Source: the human T2T-CHM13v2.0 reference genome, Homo sapiens. Taken from it: DNA of 64,000 bases. Below are positions 55,056 to 64,000 of this stretch, piece by piece. The notes beneath the pieces are model-generated. The model saw only the letters and a list, made by a program, of their open reading frames with translations. It was not told the DNA's origin and did no database searches. The stretch lies in NCBI RefSeq assembly GCF_009914755.1, contig NC_060938.1. The stretch is one strand, 5' to 3'. The translations under genes were made by a program, and so were the position numbers. The stretch's first letter is position 1; each line of letters begins with the position of its first letter.

Positions 55056-56382
55056 TGAGAAAATGGTAAAGCATGTCCTTCTGATTCGTTATTCCACAGT
55101 GTCTTGCACAAAGTCCACCACATTGCAGAAACAAGATTATTATTGCTGAACACAGTTGCTTCAGAAAGTACTTGAGAATTTTCAGTATCTTTTAAGAAAA
55201 TTCAATTGGCCTGTTTTTCCCAACATTCATGCACTATCGACCCTTCCTTTTTCTTAAGTTTGTTCTTCTCTGTATGTAAATTATCTCAAGCCTCCTGTAT
55301 CCTTAAAAACAAAGAAAAAAAGGAAACAGTAATACCTTCCCTAGTTTCCTGGATCTAAGGATTGTATTCTGTATCTCCTTCTGTCAAATATTACACAGTT
55401 TACCATTCCTGCATTTATAAGCTCTTTTAAAAGCCAGCCAAAGCAATCCTGGTGCTTCCCAGATGCCAGTTCCACAGGAATATTGGTCCCCCATGAGGCA
55501 ATTTGCTAAAGCACTCTGGCTCTTTCCTGATGTCTGCACTTATGACTCATGGCTGATTTGATTACTTCCCAGTGACTCCCTGAATCCTTTGCTTGTTTCT
55601 ATACTTCAACGCTAGTTCAATTTTCTTACATTAATTATGTTTTAAGCATTAATTATGTTTTAGGCTTGATTCAAGTCTTATGCTGCATCCCACACTTTTT
55701 AAAAAATTAAAAAACAAAACATTTTTATTGCATCCCATGCTTTTAATTGACAGCTCAATTCACCTGGGATTTCTCCATCAGGTCACGCAGCTCTGAAAGC
55801 TCTCTATTGCCCCCTTCTGGTAGCTGGCAGACTAGCTCCTCAATTAGCTTACATCGTCAATGCTAACCTTGTTGCTTGATGTTGCTATGCCTCAGATACT
55901 AGTATCTTCCTTTCTTTCCTATATTCTTCACTGCCGCTGTTTCTTCATCATCTATTTATTCCTCATTCCTTTCAGACTGACTTCTGCTGCCTCCAGCCTT
56001 CTACCAAAACTTGCCATCCCATTGATACAAGGCCCTCTCAAGTCTTCTGGATGATCTCTGTATATGAAAATATTGCCCTTCCCTTTCTTACTTCGCCCCA
56101 ACACTTTATTCTAAGAACTTGAAATTCTATTAGAAATTATCTACTCTAGGAGTCTTCAAATTTGACAACAGATTAAAATTGCCAGGACAACTTAAAAATA
56201 CTGTTTCCTGGGCCCCCTTCCTGAAAATTCTCACCTTTTAGGTCTGAAGTAGAGGTCTCTTTTGACCTATTGTCATCATTAAAATCCAAACTCCCATTTG
56301 AACTTTAATTTAAATGTATTTATTCAGTTAGGTAAATCATGCATTGGGTAAAAATTTAAACAATACTTAAATCCACCCTTCC

Positions 56383-56764
56383 TGTATAAGTGTTCTTACA
56401 AGCTATAGAGAAATACCTGAGACTGGGTAATTGATAAAGAAAAGAGGTGTATTTGGCACAGAGTTATGCAACCTGTACAGGAAGCATGATGCTGGCATCT
56501 ACTTGGCTTCTGGGGAAGCCTCAGGAAACTTACAACTATGGCAGAAGGTGAAGGGGAAGTAGGTGTGGAGGAAGGGGGTGGGGAAGTGCCACACACTTTT
56601 AAATGACCAGATCTCATGAGAGCTCACTCACTATCATGAGAACAGCACGGCAGGGGAGATCTACCCACCATGATCTAATCACCTCCCACCAGGCCCCACC
56701 TCCAACATTGAGGATTACAATTTGACCTGAGATTTGGACAGGGACACAGATCCAAACCATATCA
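56383..56764 (-). mobile_element. MSTA-like MaLR solo LTR
   Basis: aaatacctgagactgggtaatt...gggacacagatccaaaccatatca; TSD cttcc. Confidence 0.85.
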
Positions 56765-57931
56765 CTTCCCCTTAGTTTCCTTACATTTCCTCTCCTAAGG
56801 CAATCCTTGTTAACAGTTTCTTAAGGATCCATGTAGGCACAAATTCCATATTCTAAAGACATGTCTCAACTGATTTGGATGCATTTGGTCCACTAAGCTT
56901 GAGGAGCCTCTGATTTAATTCACCCCTCTCATCTTCCTTGAAATTCTTTCATCCTTCAACATCCTTTATGCTGATTGTCGAACATCTCTGATAGTTTGAT
57001 TCTGTCTTCTTGGTCCACACCTCCTACTTTTTCTGACTGTTTAATGTGGGCATTCCCCCAAACTACTCCCCTTGATCTTCTTTTCTGTCTATATTTTCTT
57101 TCTTGACACATCTCTCCAGACCTATGAGTCACTCACAGAATATACTCATATCACTTGCGCCAACATCTCAAGCTAGCCACACACCAGTATTTTTTCTACC
57201 AGTTAGACATTTCTGTCTAGTTGTCTGGGAGCACCTCAAATTCAGCACCCAAAATGAACTCACCTTTCTGTTAACAAAACTACTTATGCTTCTCTTTTCC
57301 CCATTGTCCTTACTTCTGTTATCATTGACTCTTCCTCTGCCTCTTTTATGTTAATTGCACCTTGAAATGACCCACACTTCTTTTCCCTCCACTTCAGTTT
57401 CGTTTGTTACAGCATTTTTTACACTAGCTTCACTTGTGGTTACCACTTCCCTGCCCACTGCTCATAAGCCCCTTGAGGATTCTTCAGGGCAGCAACTATA
57501 TTTTCTTTATTTCTATGTTCTCGGCACCTCACTCATTCTCTCATAGTAGGTGTTCCATAGATATGTTGGGTCAATGAATATCCGTTAAAGCTCAAATTTT
57601 TAACATGGCAGTCGACATCTTCCATTTCTGATTTACCAACCTCTTTAATTTAGATAACTTAATTTACGCCTTGCCACAACCAAACTGAACTATTCACAGC
57701 TCTCCTGAATGCACATTGCAATCTTCCTTTTGCACTTCTTTGTTTATGCTTTTCTTTCTGCTTGAAATTCCCATCTGTTCCCTGCCTATCAAAATCCTAC
57801 AAATCCTTCAAGTCTCAGATCAAATGCCTTATTCTTCCCAAAGCCTTCCCAAATCCTTAAGTCCTGGGTTCCCACAGCGTGTGGATTGCATTTTAGTCTC
57901 ACTTCTATTCGACTAAATTTATAAAATCATC

Positions 57932-57996
57932 GGATTTTAGTTGTGGAAGACACTTTAGAGGTTTGGATTTTAGTTGTGGAAGACACTTTAGAGGTT
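57932..57996. repeat. Perfect 32-bp direct duplication (33-bp period)
   Basis: ggattttagttgtggaagacactttagaggtt twice. Confidence 0.92.
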
Positions 57997-58824
57997 ACCT
58001 AAGACAACCCTGTATTTTACAGCTAAGGGAACTGAGACCCAGAAAGAGTAAATGTCTTGCTCAAGATTAAATATCAGCCAGCGACCAACGGAGCCAGACC
58101 TAGAACCCAACTCTCCTGAATTGTTTTCCAGAGCTATGCTGCCTATGCAATTGTTTTAGCTTCTCTTCCGGACCATTAGTGCCAAAAGTCAAGGATTAAA
58201 TTTTATTCAGCTTTAATTCCTTATAATATCCAATATAGCACCTTTCATATAGTAGGTTCACAAAAGCTATACTGGATTGAAATGAACATTTAACGTACTG
58301 GTTAATAGATATTTTTAGCCAGAGTTCCCTGGAAAACAGAGTGTGAGGCAGAGATTACTTGCTGATGTGAGAGTAAGGAGAAAGAAAAGGCAGGAAGGGC
58401 TAAGGGACAATGCAGTGACTACTGCTTCCCAGCGAACCTGGAAACCCAGCAGGGAATGTGGCAACTGGTCTGTACATCCAAGCAAGGTATCTGTGGCCAG
58501 GCTGTATGGACCTATGCCTTGGGGCAGCTCATAATAAGCAACTTACTGTCCCCATATCGTCTCATATCTTTTTTCCCACCGATCAAAGTTACTCCCCTGC
58601 ACTTCCAGTTCTGTCATCTGGCCCCTTTGATGGCTCTTTGGAAAGCCAGATTCCATGCCCTGCGGGAAGGTTCCTCGGTTGAGTCCAGAGTGGAAGAGGA
58701 TGCAAATAAGATATGTCCAATAAAAAAAGCTTTGAACCTACACCTGTTACTTAACCCTGTTACTTGAGATTGTTCCTATTTTGGTTTTTGAAATCCATTG
58801 ATGTTGGAAACACAAAACTGGTGA

Positions 58825-59155
<331 letters not shown>

Positions 59156-60316
59156 TAGATAATTTTTAAATGTTTTGTGCAAGTTAACAGTGACATTCAT
59201 GAAGAGAATGATTAAAGTACAGCTTGAATAAGTTCTGATTTTTCTCTCTTAAGAATTATGTGCAAATCCATATGTGACTTTTAAAAATCATCAGATTTCA
59301 ATGTTTTCTCATATGATGTTATGATTCTACATTAAAAGAACTATAAACTCTTCTAATTAAATTACTCAAGATAGTGCAAAAGAATCCATGACTCTTTGTC
59401 CTCAGATATAACTCGTACCCTAAACGCAAGTTGTTCACCAGTGCACATGACAAAAAACACCTAAGTAGGGGGAAGAATTCTTTCTTTCAGACAAGTGGTT
59501 TTACCTACTTAAAAAAAAGCCTTGAAAACTTGGACACCCTTCAAGAGCCTCTGAATATTTTTCTTCAGCAGAAATTCCAGCCCAGATGTTCAATAACTCA
59601 GGTTTGTTTTAAAAGAGGAAATAGAGAGACAAATTTTTGTAAAGGGCAAAATTTGAAAGCAATTAATGGTGACATGTCCCAGAATTTTGCTTCATTTTAT
59701 TATTAACGTAACCATTCTTTCCAAATTTTATTGTCAGATATTGGAGAAGAGAGAGGAAAAAAGTCTGGGAATTGGAGATAAAATTCAACATTAAAGGAGA
59801 CATTTTAAATCCCAGTCAAGAGGAAAGAAAGAGTTGATGGCTAAGCTGACTGCCAAAAGACATTGTAAAGTTACCAGATAACAACAAGTGATAATAGAAG
59901 GGCCTAGGGAAGTTCTGCTCATAGACTTCAAACTTGGAAAGGTGTCCTGCAGACCAAAACCTGCTGACCTAGCAGTGGCAAAGTTGCCTTAAATGAATTC
60001 ACACCGACAAGCCTGGAGGGATTGTCTCTTGATGCTAAAGTGATTCGGTCATACATATCTGAGGGCACTAGGTGAAATTTCTGGAGAATCTTGGAAAATA
60101 AGTGTGGGACCAGAAAGATAGAATCACTTTGTTCTGGTTTACTTTAAAAGGATAAAAGGTGCTTTTCATTTGCTGGATCACTTAAATGCTCTAAGTCTCT
60201 GGTTCTCCTATAAACTGGGGACTATTTACTAGCCCCATTTATTTACCAGAATTGTTTTGATAATTTAAAAAAAAGATATGCAAGCTAATCATAAATTCTA
60301 AATCAATATAAAAATG

Positions 60317-60594
60317 GGCTGGGCGTGGTGGCTCACGCCTGTAATCCCAGCACTTTGGGAGGCCGAGGCGGGCAGATCACGAGGTCAAGAGATCAAAACC
60401 ATCCTGGCCAACATGGTGAAACCCTGTCTCTACTAAAAATACAAAAATTAGCTGGGCATGGTGGCACATGCCAGTAGTCCTAGCTACTTGGGAGGCTGAG
60501 TCAGGAGAATCCCTTGAACCCAGGAGGCAGAGGTTGCAGTGAGTCGAGATCATGCCACTGCACAGAGAGACTGGTGACAGAGAGACTCTATCTC

Positions 60595-60620
<26 letters not shown>
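60317..60620 (+). mobile_element. AluSc-like
   Basis: gaggtcaagagatcaaaaccatcctggccaac; long A-tail. Confidence 0.9.
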
Positions 60621-60626
<6 letters not shown>

Positions 60627-62081
60627 GAGTGACTATTTAAGTCTCCTTCTTCTTTCCATTTTCATTGCACTTTACACATACTACTGTTGTAGATCTTACT
60701 GTGTTGCATGATGGAGAGGTTTATGTCCAGTTTCCCAACTGGAATGTGAGATACTCAAGAGGACAGACGTCAACTTATTTTTCATATGACCCCCCCAAAC
60801 CCAAAACAAGGATTAGCATTTAATGAGTGCTTAACAAATGCTTGCTGAATGCAGCAAGATTAAAAAATAATCTCAGCAGACTGTGCTGCAAAACAGAATT
60901 GCAAGATGATAACCTAACTAAGATAAATATAAACCCTACATTTGACTCTAAATAATAAATTGCACAATTATTGGATTGTAAAGTCCTAGTCCAGAGGTCA
61001 TGGTAAAAACATCTGGGAGCTGCAGTTAACTATAAAAACAGGAAAGAGACCGATGAAGCTTCTAAAAATATTAACTTATTAATACTAGCATAGAATCATG
61101 GGAAATGATGGGAACCAAGAGAAATGATAGTCTCACTGCGTTCCTTGTGGGTCGAATCACATTTTAAGAGGAATTGATAAACTAGAGTAAATTCAGGTGA
61201 CTCCATCTAATAGGATAGACAGTACCCCATGCTATACCAAAACGAGTTAAAAGAGCTCAAGTAGGGCTCTGGGGAAGAGAAAAATAAAATATAGATTTGA
61301 GCTGTCTTCAGTTATTTGAAGGAGATCCAGTGTTGTCCCAGTAGGCAAAACTTAGACCAAAAAAATTGTACTCCCAAATTTGATTATCACATATCAGATT
61401 TGGATTCAGTAAGAAGAACTGTTCTAAAGATCACAGCTGTTCAACAATGGAATGGACTCCTCTGGACGGTAGAGAGATTGTGTCACACAATACCTGGGGC
61501 TTAGACATTTCTTGTAATCCTGTCTGTACTTAGCATAGCTCTGGACACACAATCCATAGTCACTAAATATTTTTCACAGATTGATACTAGGGAAAATAAT
61601 AATATTTGACTATGAGTATATGCCTACTCTGCCCAGTAATGTTTAGTATTGAACCAGAGATCTAGATTAGTGATCTCCAGATTTAATTCATTATATACTC
61701 CTATCAGTAAAGTTTTTGAACAGGTACTCCTAATATATACATTTATTTATAAATTCTATACTATACTACTCTACTAATTGTCATATCAAATACATGTTTA
61801 TAAAACAAAAATAATGTAAGGGCAAAAATATGAGATAAAGAAAAATAAATGTTAATGTGTTTTCTTTCTGCACACCAATGGATCATCATGGCCACCCCAC
61901 TTTGCAGAGAACTGGTCTATAATTAAGGGACTTAACATCTGCCTCAAATACCTGGATATTTTAGGCCCTTCTGAGTCTGAATGATCTACATATCAATCTT
62001 ATTTTTTTCATTTCTCTTTTCCCATGTAGACAAAAACAGGATTAAAAAAAAAAGGTTAAGCGATGTTCTACCATTTCTATA

Positions 62082-62492
62082 CAGTTGACCCTTGAGCAAC
62101 ACAAGTTTGAACTTCACAGGTCCACTTATATGAGGATTTTTTTTCAATAAAAGTAACACTGAGTATGCTGCCTCTTCTGCATCCCCTTGCACATCCTCCA
62201 TCTCTTCCATCTCTGACACAGTGAGACAGCAAGACCAACCCCTCCTCTTCCTTTTCCTCCTTCTTCAACATGAAGATAACAAGGATGGGGACCTTTATGA
62301 TGAGTCACTTCCACTTAATGAATAGTAAATATAGTTTCTCTTCCTTATGATTTTCTTAATAACGTTTTCTTTTTTTTTCTAGCTTACTTTATTGTAAAAG
62401 TACAGTTTGCAATATATATGCAAAAAAAGTCTTCACTGACTTGTTTATGTTATCAGTAAGGTCTCTAGTCAGCAGTAGGCTATTAGTAATCA
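62082..62492 (+). mobile_element. Tigger2a-like TcMar DNA transposon (3' end cut off by L1)
   Basis: TA followed by TIR cagttgacccttgagcaacac; gacagcaagaccaacccctcctc...gacctttatgatga motifs. Confidence 0.75.
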
Positions 62493-62497
62493 TTTTA

Positions 62498-64000
62498 AAA
62501 AGCCACTTATAGATTCAATGCTATTCCCATTAAACTACCTTTGACATTCTTCACAGAACTAGTGAAAAAAAAAACTATTTAAAAATTTATATGAAACCAT
62601 AGAAGAGACCAAATAGCCAAGGCAATCCTAAGCAAAAAGAACAAAGCTGGAAGCATCACGCTACCCAACTTCAAACTATACTACAGGGTTACAGTAACCA
62701 AAACAGCCTGATACTCGTACAAGAACCAACACATAGACCAATGGAACAGAATAAAGAACCTAGAAATAAGACCACACACATACAACTATTTGATCTTTGA
62801 CAAACCAAGCAAAAGCAAGCAATGAAGAAAGGATTCCCTGTTCAATAAATGGTGCTGAGATATCTGGCTAGCCATATGCAGAAGATTGAAACTGAACCCT
62901 CTCCTTACACCATATACAAAAATTAACTCAAGATGGATTAAAGACTTAAATGTAAAACCCAAAACTGTAAAAACCTTGGAAGACAACCTAGCCAGTACCA
63001 TTCAGGACGTAGGCACGGGCAAAGATTTCATGACAAACATGCCAAAAGCAATTGCAACAAAAGAGAAAATTGACAAATAGAATCTAATTAAACTAATGTG
63101 CTTCAATTTACTTTGTTGAGAGTATAAAAAACACTATCAACAGAGTAAACAGGCAACCTACAGAATGGGAGAAAAAATTCGCAAACTATGCATCTGACAA
63201 AGGTCTAATATCCAGCATATATAATGGACTTAAATTTACAAAGAAAAAATAAATAACCCCATTAAAAGGTGGGCAAAGGACACGAAGACATACATGTGGC
63301 CAAAAATCACATGAAAAAAGGTGCCACATCACTGATTATTGGAGAAATGCAAATCAAAACCACAATGAGGTACCATCTCATGCCAGTCAGAATGGCTATT
63401 AAAAGTTAAAAGAAATGCTTTTACCCTGTTGGGAGTGTAAATTAATGCAGCCATTGTGGAAGACAACGTGGTGATTCCTCAAAGACGTAAAGACAGAAAT
63501 ACCATTCAACCCAGCAATCCCATTACTGGATATATACCCACAGGAATATAAATAATTCTATTATAAAGACGCATGTGTATGTTTATTTCAGCACTATTCA
63601 GAATAGCAAAGACATGGAGTCAACCTAAATGTCCATCAGTGATAGACTGGATTAGGAAAATGTGGTACATATACACTATGGAATACTATGCAGCCATAAA
63701 AAAGAATGAGATCATGTTCTTTGCAGGGACATGGATGGAGCTGGAGGTCATTATCCTCAGCAAACCAACACAGGAACAGAAAATCAAATCCCATATATTC
63801 TCACTTATAAGTGGGAGTTAAATTATGAGAACACATGGGTGCATAGAGGGAACAGTACACATTGGGGCATTTTAGAGGCTGGGGGATGGGAGGAGGGAGA
63901 GGATTAGGAAAAAACGACTAATGGGTACTAGGCTTCATACCTGGGTGATGAAATAATCTGTACAACAAACTCCCATGACACAAGTTTACCTGTGTAACAA
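62498..64000 (+). mobile_element. L1PA (older primate subfamily), 5'-truncated: ORF2 C-terminus and 3'UTR
   Basis: [19 protein letters not shown] and MWYIYTMEYYAAIKKNEIM...WMELEVIILSK; in-frame stops and deletions. Confidence 0.93.

Overview
Human (or very close great-ape) genomic DNA from the head-to-head CEP128/TSHR locus (human 14q31). The only secure protein-coding sequence is TSHR exon 1 (+, 23851-24020: [57 protein letters not shown]). It lies in a CpG island, and everything to its right is TSHR intron 1. On the minus strand, a CpG-island promoter at ~9.5-10.1 kb and two non-coding 5' exons fit CEP128. Intron 1 holds a complete ~4.5-kb sense-oriented processed pseudogene of BHLHB9/GPRASP3, with TSDs, decayed tail, intact AATAAA and several splice-acceptor-like sites. 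The rest is mostly Alu, L1, L2/MIR, LTR and DNA-transposon debris. I see no new gene system. The best hypotheses are: (i) the retrocopy could act as a splice/poly(A) trap for TSHR pre-mRNA in the Graves'-associated intron; (ii) an in-frame uORF with a strong-Kozak AUG sits just upstream of the TSHR start; (iii) several local templated-insertion and fold-back scars are present. Gene and repeat-subfamily names come from recognition, not from a database search.
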